Below are positions 1-10,181 of a DNA stretch of 64,000 nt, one piece after another. Position numbers and translations under genes: made by a program. This stretch comes from Nanobdellati archaeon. GTDB lineage: Archaea > EX4484-52 > GLR71. Where the stretch lies: the NCBI GenBank assembly GCA_019429005.1, contig JAHYJR010000005.1:54581-118580 (forward strand), read 5' to 3'. Position 1 is the stretch's first letter; every line of letters begins with the position of its first letter. The notes under the pieces were generated by a model. The model saw only the letters and a list, made by a program, of their open reading frames with translations, made no database searches and was not told the DNA's origin.

Positions 1-1
1 A

Positions 2-529
2 ATGAAATTTTTCGCTAAAAAACGAAAGGGTGTAACACCCATAATTGCGATTGTACTTCTGCTTATGATGACAGTTGCAGCAGGCGGTATGGCTTGGCAG
101 TTCATACAAAGTACAATGGAACAGCAGCAACAATCTGCTGAGAAAGAATTGACTAAAATGAGTCAGTCACAGCTTAGTGTTCTTGAAGGTAACGGTACTG
201 TTGGTACAGGTACAATGATTTCCTTTTTTATAAAGAATCCTGGTGCTGGTTCTAGTTTGACTCTTTCAGATTCTATTGTAAAAATCAATGGTTATCTTGA
301 TAAGAGTTTAACTTCAACAGAAGGTATATTTTCAGGTAGTTGTACTGCAGGTATAATCGCTTCAGGTTCTACATGTTATTTAAATATGGATTTAACTAAT
401 GCTGAAAATACAGTAAAGTTTCCAAATGTTGGTAATACTTTGAATGTTGAAATTATTTCAAATACTGGACAGACTATAATATATTCCTGTACGCCTTCAA
501 GAGTTGTTGGTGGTATTGGTTACTGTTAA
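2..529 (+). CDS. Archaeal type IV pilin, probable major pilin (class III signal peptide)
   Basis: KKRKG|VTPIIAIVLLLMMTVAAGG: basic residues, G cleavage site and hydrophobic helix typical of archaeal pilins. Followed by a hairpin and T-tract. The start lies at the window edge. Confidence 0.85.
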   Translation: MKFFAKKRKGVTPIIAIVLLLMMTVAAGGMAWQFIQSTMEQQQQSAEKELTKMSQSQLSVLEGNGTVGTGTMISFFIKNPGAGSSLTLSDSIVKINGYLDKSLTSTEGIFSGSCTAGIIASGSTCYLNMDLTNAENTVKFPNVGNTLNVEIISNTGQTIIYSCTPSRVVGGIGYC

Positions 530-538
530 ATTTAATTT

Positions 539-584
539 AAGTTAATGTTTAAACACATTAACTTTTTTATTTTTTATTTTTTTT
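539..584 (+). terminator. Hairpin plus T-tract after the pilin gene
   Basis: aagttaatgt (539-548) and acattaactt (555-564) form a perfect 10-bp inverted repeat, followed by a long T-rich run. Confidence 0.6.
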
Positions 585-625
585 CTAACAACTATCTATA
601 TATACAATAAAAATCAATTATTTTT

Positions 626-877
626 ATGTCAAAAGATAATAGCCCAATTGTTTCTATATCAATACTATTATTGTTATCAATGACGATATTCGCATTAAGT
701 GCATCTTTATTATGGGTTGAAACTATTGGTACTAATCAATCCGATTCTCTCTCAGATCTTATTATTATACAAAAAGAAAAAATAAGTAGTTTAGATCAAT
801 CACAAGATTTATCTAATATTGGTATCACAGATAATAATTTACAAGATTCATTTATATCTGATTATAGTTATAAATAA
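626..877 (+). CDS. Small pilin-like membrane protein with degenerate signal peptide
   Basis: SPIVSISILLLL resembles a mature pilin N-terminus but has no K/R-G cleavage motif. It lies inside the pilus locus. Confidence 0.5.
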   Translation: MSKDNSPIVSISILLLLSMTIFALSASLLWVETIGTNQSDSLSDLIIIQKEKISSLDQSQDLSNIGITDNNLQDSFISDYSYK

Positions 878-926
878 TCCCCTTTTTTTATCAAAAATAT
901 ATATGCTAATGTGTATAATATAATGT

Positions 927-1853
927 ATGAGATCTTGTATTAGTCGTAATTCTAGATATCGAAAAGCACAGACTGAAGTTATCACTATAATGATACTTAC
1001 AACTATTGCTATAGCGATGGTTAGTGTAAGTTATATCTGGGGAAAACCTCTTATACAGAAAAGCCAGACAAAGACAGATATTGAGCAAGCAAAAAATTTT
1101 ATGTTTACTTTAGAGGATGCTATTCGTGATGTATCTATTTATGGAGGGCAAAAAGTTCTTAATATTGATTTAAAAGGTACTCTTAAAGTGGATGGTGCGA
1201 CACAAATAGCTGATGGTTCTTATAATAATCTCAATAAGGATAATTGGATAACCTATACCATTAAAACAAAAACAGTGGGTACTAGTATTTCTGATTGGGT
1301 TCCTTTAGATGGATTGAGTCCAATACGTTCAGAACAGTTTTCTGGTACTGCTACGGATTCCGTGGTAATTAATGATACAACTTGTACTGGTGTATCAATT
1401 GATTGTATATCAAAAACCGCAAGTGTATCTGGTTGTGGTATTTATGGTAGTGCAAATGGTCTTGAGGGAACATCTTTTACTTCAAAACCCGAATATAAAC
1501 TAAGTTATGTGCATTGTGCATCAACACCTTATTTTATAACTATATCTGGACCCGAAATACCAGTTCCAGGTATTATCGGTACAAATAAAGCTGGCGTTGT
1601 TATGACTAAAGCAAAAGGTATTGGTAGTGAATATGAAGTTAATTATAAACTCGCATATAGAGAACTTGACGATTTAACTAGTGGAAATGGTTATCTTATT
1701 CAACTTGTTAAAGGTGGGAATACCTTTGTTGGTGAAGGGCAACATAAAATATTTATAAAATCTGATAGGGATAAGGTTTTTGATGATATTAATATAGTTT
1801 CACAAGTAGGTGGACCTGTTACAATAATGCCCGTTGTTATATATATAGAATAA
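927..1853 (+). CDS. Minor pilin-like protein (class III signal peptide, +1 Gln)
   Basis: RYRKA|QTEVITIMILTTIAIAMVSVSYIWG, followed by a Cys-containing beta-rich domain. Confidence 0.75.
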   Translation: MRSCISRNSRYRKAQTEVITIMILTTIAIAMVSVSYIWGKPLIQKSQTKTDIEQAKNFMFTLEDAIRDVSIYGGQKVLNIDLKGTLKVDGATQIADGSYNNLNKDNWITYTIKTKTVGTSISDWVPLDGLSPIRSEQFSGTATDSVVINDTTCTGVSIDCISKTASVSGCGIYGSANGLEGTSFTSKPEYKLSYVHCASTPYFITISGPEIPVPGIIGTNKAGVVMTKAKGIGSEYEVNYKLAYRELDDLTSGNGYLIQLVKGGNTFVGEGQHKIFIKSDRDKVFDDINIVSQVGGPVTIMPVVIYIE

Positions 1854-1889
1854 TTGTTAAAATAGTATTATAGGTGTAAAATAATTAAT

Positions 1890-2327
1890 TTGAGACCGCT
1901 ATTATCTTATCGAAGAAAAGGTCAGAATATGACCTTGGAAGAGGTAATGCTTATTGCAGTTGGTGTTATGATCCTTATGGGTACCTATTCATCATTTGTG
2001 TTTATGAAAACACAAGTATCTTATAAAATACAAGAAAGTTATGGTGAAGAAGTATTGAACTATGTGATTTCAAACATATATAAGTTGATAGATCTTAACT
2101 TGACTGACGGCTATATCATGATTGAACTTCCTGATGTCATAGGTGAAGATTATTATATTATTTCAAAAGGTGTCAAAAAAAATGATATTATGTTAAAATT
2201 TAATAATGGTCGTATATTGTCTAAGAATGCAGGTATTAGTGTCTTTGGACAATCAGCAAGTACGGATAAATGGATTATGCTTAATTATTATAATAATTCA
2301 ATACAATTAAAAGGGGTTAATGAGTAA
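1890..2327 (+). CDS. Minor pilin-like protein (class III signal peptide, +1 Gln)
   Basis: RRKG|QNMTLEEVMLIAVGVMILMG; TTG start; overlaps the ATPase start. Confidence 0.75.
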   Translation: MRPLLSYRRKGQNMTLEEVMLIAVGVMILMGTYSSFVFMKTQVSYKIQESYGEEVLNYVISNIYKLIDLNLTDGYIMIELPDVIGEDYYIISKGVKKNDIMLKFNNGRILSKNAGISVFGQSASTDKWIMLNYYNNSIQLKGVNE

Positions 2328-4155
2328 TATGAAAGTTTCAGTTAAAAAATCATTTTCAAAACTTGCAAAGTCTTATAATACGTATAGATTAGCCTCTAAT
2401 AAAAAAGCACTTTTTATGGAACAAAATGATGGTAATTCATCTACAAATAATATTAATAATAATACTAATACTAGTTCTATTACGCACGTAAAAGAAATTG
2501 TTAAATATGTTGATTCTAAAGATAGTTCAAATAGTGATAATAAACAGTATAATGATGGTTCTAGTGAGGATGTTGATTATACTCCGGTAGACATAGGTAA
2601 TTTGTTTGTCACTAAGAAAAATATACTTAAACAACATGAACATGAGTTGGAGGAGGTTGACGTAAAATATCCTGTAACTCCTGTTGCACCAAAAAATGGT
2701 GAGAAAATATATGCTTGGGTAAATATTAAATGGGACAAAACGGATAATTCTTTAGTATATTACATAATTGAACCTTATGTGACTGCAGAAGATCTAAAAC
2801 GTATAGATCAGATAAAAAAAGTTATTGAAGAAGAAATAGATATAGATTTTCAATCTTTCAATAAGGAAAGTGCAAAAGATTATCTTACAGATAATTTGAA
2901 GGTCATTATTGACCGTTTTGGTGTTACAATTGGTGCCGAGAAAATGGATGTTTATAAGTATTATGTTTTACGTGATTTTATAGGTTTTGGGGCATTACAA
3001 CCAATATTAGATGATGAGAATATTGAAGATATTAGTTGTGATGGTTCTGATATACCTATATTTGTATACCATAGAGATCCTCGTTTTGGTTCAATTAAAA
3101 CATCCGTTCTGCTTGATGATGCTTATCTTGATGATCTTGTTATGAAAATGGCTCAAAGGTCAGGTAGGAGTATATCTATGGCAGAACCTATTTTACAAGG
3201 TGCTCTTCCAGATGGGTCTAGGGTACAAGCTACTCTTGCAACAGATGTTGCAACACGTGGTTCTAATTTTACAATACGTAAATTTTCAAAAGAACCACAT
3301 ACACCCGTAAATATGCTTAAATATAAGACAATGGATTCTAAACTGTTATCATATCTTTGGTTTGCTATAGAAAATAGTAAATCTGTATTTGTTGTTGGTG
3401 CAACTGCTGCAGGTAAAACATCTCTTCTTAATGCATTATCTCTTTTCATAAAACCAGATTTTAAAATTGTAAGTATTGAAGATACTCCCGAAATACAGTT
3501 ACCTCATGAGCATTGGGTTGCAGAAGTTGCTCGAACTGAGACTGAAGAAGGTCCCAAAAAGAAAGGTAGTGTTGATATGTTTGAGCTTCTTAAGGGTTCT
3601 TTAAGGCAAAGACCCGATTTTATCATAGTGGGTGAAATTAGGGGTATTGAAGCTAGTGTACTTTTCCAGCAAATGGCAACAGGGCATCCTGGTATATCAA
3701 CATTCCATGCAGATTCAATAGAAAAAGTTATTGATAGGCTTACTACAAGACCAATTAATTTATCTCCAACACTTCTTGAAAATCTTGATATTGTATTATT
3801 TGCAAAACGTCTTAGGTATAAAAATGGTTATATAAGGCGAGTTGTTGAAGTTCGTGAGATCATAAAATATGATACTGAAAAGAAAAAATTGATAACAAAT
3901 AAAGTATTCTCATGGGATCCTTTAACAGATACGTTTAAAGTTGCTGCAACTAGTTATCTTCTTGGAAAAATTTCAAAACAAACAGGTATTAGTCAAAATG
4001 AAATTAAAGAAGAGATTAAAAATAGAATGAAAGTTCTTGAATGGATGGGTGATAAGTATATAACTCATTATAAACGGGTTGGTGAAGTGATAAAATCCTA
4101 TTATAATAATCCCTCGGATATATTGGAAATTATAGATGGTGAGAGTAAAAATTGA
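2320..4155 (+). CDS. Type IV pilus assembly ATPase (VirB11/TadA/FlaI family)
   Basis: Walker A GATAAGKTS, Asp box SIEDTPE, LRQRPDFIIVGEIRG (Walker B), His box TGH...TFHA, and IEDISCDG. Asn/Ser-rich N-terminal extension. Confidence 0.95.
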   Translation: MSNMKVSVKKSFSKLAKSYNTYRLASNKKALFMEQNDGNSSTNNINNNTNTSSITHVKEIVKYVDSKDSSNSDNKQYNDGSSEDVDYTPVDIGNLFVTKKNILKQHEHELEEVDVKYPVTPVAPKNGEKIYAWVNIKWDKTDNSLVYYIIEPYVTAEDLKRIDQIKKVIEEEIDIDFQSFNKESAKDYLTDNLKVIIDRFGVTIGAEKMDVYKYYVLRDFIGFGALQPILDDENIEDISCDGSDIPIFVYHRDPRFGSIKTSVLLDDAYLDDLVMKMAQRSGRSISMAEPILQGALPDGSRVQATLATDVATRGSNFTIRKFSKEPHTPVNMLKYKTMDSKLLSYLWFAIENSKSVFVVGATAAGKTSLLNALSLFIKPDFKIVSIEDTPEIQLPHEHWVAEVARTETEEGPKKKGSVDMFELLKGSLRQRPDFIIVGEIRGIEASVLFQQMATGHPGISTFHADSIEKVIDRLTTRPINLSPTLLENLDIVLFAKRLRYKNGYIRRVVEVREIIKYDTEKKKLITNKVFSWDPLTDTFKVAATSYLLGKISKQTGISQNEIKEEIKNRMKVLEWMGDKYITHYKRVGEVIKSYYNNPSDILEIIDGESKN

Positions 4156-4232
4156 TATAGTTTATCCCTATATCTATTTCATATATTAGATTGATACAAG
4201 TATATTTTGATATTGTTTATTAGGTTGGTTAT

Positions 4233-5141
4233 ATGTCTTCTTCATCTTCAAATAATTCTTTAACAAATGCATTTAAAGCAATATCTGTAAAATTATTTGG
4301 AGGTCTTGTACAAAATTATCTTGCAGACCATTTAGTATTTTTAAGAAAACAAATGAAAAAAGCCGGTTTAAGTACGTCTCTTATTGATTATGTGTCAATG
4401 TCAATATTGACAAGTATCATAGTTTTTGTTTTAGTGACCTTATCAATAACTGTCGTTGCAACATTAATAGTTTCGAATATTATAATTGGTGCATTTCTTG
4501 GATTTTTTTCAGGATTTATATCAGGGGTGGGGATTTTATTTTTATTTTATACATATCCAGATATTTACATAGGTGAGCGTAAGAAAAAAATAGAATCTGA
4601 TATGCCTTTTGTTATGCTTTATCTTGCAGCTATGGCAGGTGGCGGTACACCTCCTGTTGCTATGTTTAGAACTTTAGCAAAATTTAAAGAGTATGGTGAA
4701 GTTGCAAAAGAAGCTGAGAAAATTGTTGAAGAAACAGATGTTCTTGGTATTGATGTATTGACTGCATTTAAAAACGCTGCTGAGCGAACACCCTCTGATC
4801 AATTAATTGATCTTTTGTGGGGTATGCGAACTGTTATAAAATCAGGTGGTGACCTTAAAGTATATCTTAGAGAACGAGCAAAAATAACTATGTCTGAATA
4901 TCGTCGTCGTCTTAAGCAATTTACCGAACAGCTCGCTATGATGACTGAGATGTATATTACTTTAGTTATTGTCGGTTCTGTTTTATTTGTAATAATAACT
5001 GCAATTATGGGTGCAATGGGTGGTTCTGGTTTTGGTCCAATTATAGTTGGTTCACAATTAGGTCTTGTATTCCTTTTACTTCCTGTAGCTTGTATAGGAT
5101 TTATTGTATTTGCAAAGAGTATATCACCAAAAGCTGATTAA
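4233..5141 (+). CDS. Type IV pilus membrane platform protein (TadC/FlaJ/T2SS F family)
   Basis: Multiple TM helices, YGEVAKE...G.D..TA...AERTPS and SGGDL motifs; follows the ATPase. Confidence 0.9.
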   Translation: MSSSSSNNSLTNAFKAISVKLFGGLVQNYLADHLVFLRKQMKKAGLSTSLIDYVSMSILTSIIVFVLVTLSITVVATLIVSNIIIGAFLGFFSGFISGVGILFLFYTYPDIYIGERKKKIESDMPFVMLYLAAMAGGGTPPVAMFRTLAKFKEYGEVAKEAEKIVEETDVLGIDVLTAFKNAAERTPSDQLIDLLWGMRTVIKSGGDLKVYLRERAKITMSEYRRRLKQFTEQLAMMTEMYITLVIVGSVLFVIITAIMGAMGGSGFGPIIVGSQLGLVFLLLPVACIGFIVFAKSISPKAD

Positions 5142-6116
5142 GTGAAATATATGGCTAATAATGAGATTAAATCAAAAACAAAGATAAATACAAGTTCTAT
5201 TTTAAAGTATGGTTCAATATTTTTAGGTTTTGTTATAATCTTCGTTGGTGCTACTTTTTTAATGTCTGGTGCATCAAAACAGGTTGGTATGGTACTTTTT
5301 ATGGTTGGAGCTCTTGTTTCAATTGTACCTTCATCAATTTTATCTTATCTTCATTTTTCAAAATATCGTAATATGGAACTTGAATTTCCTAGATTTTTAA
5401 GAGATTTAGGTGAAGCAAAAAAGAGTGGTATGACATTTCCACAAGCGTTTGTATCTAGACGAGATACTAAATATGGTCAATTATCAGAGGAAATCAGAAA
5501 AGCTAGTAATCAATTATCATGGGGTATACCGTTTTCAAAAGTATTGACTATGATAGTAGAACGTTTAAAAGAAAGTGCACTTTTAAGACGAACCTTTACT
5601 ATAATTATAGAAGCATTTAATGCGGGTGGTGATGTTAGTGAAGTTCTTGATGATCTTTCTAATGATGTTCAAACACTTAAGGAAATTGATGCTGAACGTA
5701 CAAGTGCACTATCTCAACAAGTTATAATGATGTATTTTATATCTTTTTTATTTTTAGGGATAATATTGATGCTTTTCAATCTTTTGATACCTATGCTTAG
5801 TGCAGATGGTCTTGGTAGTATTTCAGGTGCTGAGGGTGGTGCTCTTGTATATTGTGAATATGCAGAATTTTTATGTAGTTTATGTGATGGTTTTAATTGG
5901 GAAGGTACTGTTGCTGCTAAACAAGCTTCATATAATGATCGAGTAACTGCAAGACAACTTTGTTATTTTAAGAGTCTATTTTTTATGATGGCCTTAATTC
6001 AAGCGATTGGTAGTGGTCTTATCTCTGGTGAAATGAGTGAGGGTTCTGTTAAGGCGGGTGTTAAACATTGTCTTATATTAGGTATTGTGACTGTAAGTAT
6101 CTTTATGATTGCTTAA
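5142..6116 (+). CDS. Second TadC/T2SS F-family membrane protein
   Basis: FPRFLRDL..AKKSGM, YG.LSEEI...QLSWG, AGGDVSEVL, G.ISGEM.EGS..AG.KH. The start may be the ATG at 5151. Confidence 0.9.
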   Translation: MKYMANNEIKSKTKINTSSILKYGSIFLGFVIIFVGATFLMSGASKQVGMVLFMVGALVSIVPSSILSYLHFSKYRNMELEFPRFLRDLGEAKKSGMTFPQAFVSRRDTKYGQLSEEIRKASNQLSWGIPFSKVLTMIVERLKESALLRRTFTIIIEAFNAGGDVSEVLDDLSNDVQTLKEIDAERTSALSQQVIMMYFISFLFLGIILMLFNLLIPMLSADGLGSISGAEGGALVYCEYAEFLCSLCDGFNWEGTVAAKQASYNDRVTARQLCYFKSLFFMMALIQAIGSGLISGEMSEGSVKAGVKHCLILGIVTVSIFMIA

Positions 6117-6128
6117 TGGTGTTTTTTA

Positions 6129-6779
6129 ATGAAATTATATAATCGTTGTGTGTATAAAAAACGTCAAGGTCAAGTCAATATTGATTTTATAGGTGGTTTT
6201 CTTCTTTTTATGGTTTCAGTCATTTATATCTCAACATCAGCTATAAAGATAATACCTTTATATCAAGAAAAGGTTGAATCTGATAATAATAGGCTAGAGC
6301 TTTGGACACTTTCTGAGCGTTTTATAAATTATGTTGAAAGTGAACGTTTTGTATTAGATCCTGAAAAAATGGATGACCTAACAACTATGAATTATGATGC
6401 AATCAAAAGATTATTGGGTGTTGATGAAACGAATAATTTTGTTTTAAGAGTGTATCAATACCCCATAATTACTACTGAAAAAGATATTAATGGTGATTAT
6501 ATTGGTATTGGATCATTTAGTGGTACAGATGTTATGTTCAATGTAACAGATACAGAGGTTTTAATAAATGGCAAATCTTTTGATTTAGGTGATGCTAAAA
6601 TATTATCAGAGCGTGTATATACTATTGATGAGATTGATCCTTATCAAAAATATGTCATTTTAAAAACAGTACTTATTGAAAAAGATGATATTTACGAGAT
6701 TAAGAAAAGTACAAGCCAATTAGTACGTTATAGTACCTATGATAATTTTATAACAAGTATAATAATAACGTATTTTTAG
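6129..6779 (+). CDS. Pilin-like protein (class III signal peptide, +1 Gln, +5 Asp)
   Basis: KKRQG|QVNIDFIGGFLLFMVSVIYI. Confidence 0.75.
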   Translation: MKLYNRCVYKKRQGQVNIDFIGGFLLFMVSVIYISTSAIKIIPLYQEKVESDNNRLELWTLSERFINYVESERFVLDPEKMDDLTTMNYDAIKRLLGVDETNNFVLRVYQYPIITTEKDINGDYIGIGSFSGTDVMFNVTDTEVLINGKSFDLGDAKILSERVYTIDEIDPYQKYVILKTVLIEKDDIYEIKKSTSQLVRYSTYDNFITSIIITYF

Positions 6780-6835
6780 TTGTATCTAATATGTTAAATA
6801 ATACGGTATGTATGTTAAATAATAATGGTGACCTG

Positions 6836-8815
6836 ATGTTTCATAAAAAAAAATCACATTTTAAAAGACGAAAAGGTTATTTTCATTCAATTGAAGGTAT
6901 TCTTGCAGTGCTTCTTTTAATTGGGTATATAGGTGGTGTTTTTTATAGACCTTCAACATTAACAGATTGGGATTCCGCAAATTTACGTCAAGAACTTTCA
7001 GATTATTTAGGATCTCTTGAAAAGACTAATTTGATTGATCTTATACTTGAAAACAAACCTGATGATTTTAAGAGGATAACTGCTAGTTTTTTTGATCCAG
7101 AAAAAGATTTTTCGCTTTCAACAGAGAATCTTTTGAAGCCAAAGCTTATTGTAGGTGTTCTTACAGGAGATACTACTTTGTTTAATATGTATAAACGAAA
7201 CATTACAGATAATATTTATGGTACTGATTATAGGGCAACTGTTAATAATAGACGTGTTGAAATTGTTGTGTTACAGACAAATTTTACTGAAGCACCGTGG
7301 GGTGGTTATAATGTTCTTGTAATCCCTGTGTCTGGAACAGAATCACAGATATCAGCAACACTTGGAACTCAAGGGTATAGTTCGGTTATAAATATGACCT
7401 ATTTTAAGACCTTTAGTAATAATGCTGGTGGTATTGTATTGGTCTCAGATATACCTAATTCAAATATTCTAGATTATACATTCATAAAAACGTTTTTAAA
7501 TCTGGCATGGTCTCAAAATATAACAGATCCTACTGGTTCTTTTTCATATCTTAATGATATTAATCCAAAAGAGATAAGTTATGAAGCACTTAAATATTTT
7601 TCATATATCCCTCTTGAGATAAATACAGAAACTAGTGGTGAAAGGAATACGTCTATAGAATTTTTTGAAACTAATGTTACAGATGGACCTGGTTTTGTTG
7701 ATGTGCATCTTGCCGAAACAGATTATCGTCTGGGAAAAGCATTTTGTACTGTAAACCTTGTTGAACCTTGTGGTGGTGATACAAGAGCGACTCTTGATTA
7801 TACATATACGCTTTGGTCTACAAATAGTATTTATCATTATACTACATTAAATCTTAAGCGAGAAAATTATGGGTTTGTAACGACCCAATCTGGTTCAAAT
7901 ACTATATATGATCGTGTTTTTATAGATTATGATAATAATGATGATTTGACAACATATTATTTTACAAATGATACAGTACAATATTCATTAGATGAGCTCA
8001 CAGGCCCTTCAAATGCAACACTTTCATTTGATTTTCAACCAACAACTGATGGCCTTGCACAGATTTTAATAACTGTTGAGGCTGTAGGTGAAGAACCTAG
8101 TGAAACTGCAATCTATTTTAATGGTGTCTTTTTTGGAAATACTAGTGTTATCTCTTCAGATTATAATATTACACAATGTGATAATTCCATATCTTTATGT
8201 AATTATACAGTATTAATTAATGTTACGGATTTATTAGTAACGGGTTTGAATCATATTGAGTTTTTCAATTATTTGGGCGGTATTCCTTTAGATGAAGTAT
8301 TATATCATAATATCTCAGCAACACTTACAACTGTAAGGGGTTTTTCAGATGGAACTACATTTACTGTTGATAATAATAATTACACAATAATAGAAATTGA
8401 ACCGAAAGGTTTATATGTTAAATTATCAATTGATACGCCTCATGAATTTATAACACTTAATACAAACAGTTTTGTATATCCTGCTAATAACTTTTCAAAT
8501 TCAGCTGAAAATGATTCATATTTTGTTATTATGTATGATAATGCCTTAAATGTATTGGGTGGAAATATTCCCGTATCTATTGTAAATTATCTTTTAACTG
8601 GAAGCCGTAATGCTTGGGTTGTCAATAATTTAAAATCTCAAGATGAATGGCATATCTTAAGATCTCTAATATTTTTTGTTTCAGATCATCACGATGATTT
8701 TATCTTTACACCGCAAGCATTAGGTGATGTTGTGACAACAAGAAATACTATGCTTTCAATTGGCAATATTTATCAACCTTATTGGATTGATTTTAGGGGG
8801 TGGTATCGTGTTTAA
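6836..8815 (+). CDS. Large pilin-like or adhesin protein with class III-like signal peptide
   Basis: KRRKG|YFHSIEGILAVLLLIGYI followed by about 600 aa of beta-rich sequence with many NxT/S sequons. The ATG at 6836 follows GGTGA (the ORF track starts at 6791). Confidence 0.7.
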   Translation: MFHKKKSHFKRRKGYFHSIEGILAVLLLIGYIGGVFYRPSTLTDWDSANLRQELSDYLGSLEKTNLIDLILENKPDDFKRITASFFDPEKDFSLSTENLLKPKLIVGVLTGDTTLFNMYKRNITDNIYGTDYRATVNNRRVEIVVLQTNFTEAPWGGYNVLVIPVSGTESQISATLGTQGYSSVINMTYFKTFSNNAGGIVLVSDIPNSNILDYTFIKTFLNLAWSQNITDPTGSFSYLNDINPKEISYEALKYFSYIPLEINTETSGERNTSIEFFETNVTDGPGFVDVHLAETDYRLGKAFCTVNLVEPCGGDTRATLDYTYTLWSTNSIYHYTTLNLKRENYGFVTTQSGSNTIYDRVFIDYDNNDDLTTYYFTNDTVQYSLDELTGPSNATLSFDFQPTTDGLAQILITVEAVGEEPSETAIYFNGVFFGNTSVISSDYNITQCDNSISLCNYTVLINVTDLLVTGLNHIEFFNYLGGIPLDEVLYHNISATLTTVRGFSDGTTFTVDNNNYTIIEIEPKGLYVKLSIDTPHEFITLNTNSFVYPANNFSNSAENDSYFVIMYDNALNVLGGNIPVSIVNYLLTGSRNAWVVNNLKSQDEWHILRSLIFFVSDHHDDFIFTPQALGDVVTTRNTMLSIGNIYQPYWIDFRGWYRV

Positions 8816-9350
8816 TTTTATTTTAAGTAATTTCAATAAAAAACGAAGAAAAGGTCAGTTTATGATTATCGGTGCGGTAATCGTTGCTGTTATGCTTTAT
8901 AAGGTTGCAGCTATACTTAATGAGAATCAACATTTTGATCCATCCTTTGCTCAAAAAGATATTTCAACAAATATCTTTAAAGATATAGAATTAGGTCTTT
9001 ATAAGACTGCGACAAATAATCATATTTTTGATAATGATGTACTTGAACTTGTAAATTTTTATAAACGGTTATATCTGCGTGAAGGTTATTATATAGATAT
9101 TTATGTAAATGAATCTTATAATTATTCTAAGCCAACTTCTATAACATTTAGTTCAAAAATGTTAAATTATCATAAAGATTTAGTGCTTTACGTTGTTGAT
9201 TCTAAGGATTGCACTCTTTTTGAAACTGAAGATCGTTGTGATTTTATAGATCCTGTTTTATGCTCTTCAATACAAGGTCAAGGTCTTAGTTGTCCAGAAC
9301 CTGGTTATTTTATAGATAATTGTTGTAAAAGTTATAAAAAATGCTGTTGA
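8808..9350 (+). CDS. Pilin-like protein with Cys-rich C-terminus
   Basis: In-frame GTG at 8808 after GGGGTGG; KRRKG|QFMIIGAVIVAVML; 8 Cys in the last ~46 aa. Confidence 0.7.
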   Translation: MFNFILSNFNKKRRKGQFMIIGAVIVAVMLYKVAAILNENQHFDPSFAQKDISTNIFKDIELGLYKTATNNHIFDNDVLELVNFYKRLYLREGYYIDIYVNESYNYSKPTSITFSSKMLNYHKDLVLYVVDSKDCTLFETEDRCDFIDPVLCSSIQGQGLSCPEPGYFIDNCCKSYKKCC

Positions 9351-9362
9351 TTATATTCTTAT

Positions 9363-10181
9363 ATGGAAACTGTATATTTGAAATTTGCATATCTTGGGGA
9401 TAACTTTAGTGGTTTGCAAATGCAACCTCATTTTTTAAAATTGAGGACTGTTGAGGGTGATATTGTAACAGCCTTAATTGATTTGGGTATAATCATAAGT
9501 AAAACTGAAAATTCTGTAAGAGTTTTGAGTCGAACTGATAAAGGTGTCTCTGCAATATTTAATATAATTAGTTTTAAATCAGATAAAACCTTTAAAATAG
9601 GTATGTTAAATAGTATTTTGAAGAATGATTTATGGGTTCTTGCAAAATCAATTCCCAAAGAATCGTTTGATTCTATTAAAACAACTTCAGCATTTGGTAA
9701 TCGTTTCAAAAAAAGATACAGATATCTGCTTTTTGGTAATTATAATATAATTAAGATCAAAGAAGCACTTTTTTTATTTTCAGGAACTCATGATTTTTCA
9801 AATTTTTCAAAACGAGATCTAACAAAGAACAAATCACCTATAAGAACAATTGAAGTTAAAGTTACAAGAAAAAAGTATTTGCCTGATGTATTAATAATAG
9901 ATATAAGGGGTAAAGGTTTTTTATGGCAGATGGTACGTCGTATTATTCAGTGTGCTGTTGATTATGCTAATGATAAAATTTCACTTGATAAGATCTCAAG
10001 ACTTCTTGATGGTGCTGACACAAAAAGTATCAAACCTATAGCTGCAAAAAATCTTATGCTTTTTAATGTTGATTCTGAAATAATTTTCGAAAAAGATGAT
10101 TATCATGCAATTAAATTTTTAAAGACCTTGCGGGATGATGCTGTTCGGAAAGCTGTATTTTTTGATAATTTAATACGTTAA
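9363..10181 (+). CDS. truA: tRNA pseudouridine synthase A
   Basis: AYLGDNFSGLQMQP, TVEG, catalytic SRTDKGVSA, GTHDFSNF and GKGFLWQMVR. Confidence 0.95.
   Translation: METVYLKFAYLGDNFSGLQMQPHFLKLRTVEGDIVTALIDLGIIISKTENSVRVLSRTDKGVSAIFNIISFKSDKTFKIGMLNSILKNDLWVLAKSIPKESFDSIKTTSAFGNRFKKRYRYLLFGNYNIIKIKEALFLFSGTHDFSNFSKRDLTKNKSPIRTIEVKVTRKKYLPDVLIIDIRGKGFLWQMVRRIIQCAVDYANDKISLDKISRLLDGADTKSIKPIAAKNLMLFNVDSEIIFEKDDYHAIKFLKTLRDDAVRKAVFFDNLIR

Noticed and set aside
2-9350. Archaellum (motility) operon
   Set aside because: No FlaH/ArlH, ArlF/G-like or chemotaxis genes. Two TadC genes and several minor pilins fit a pilus better.
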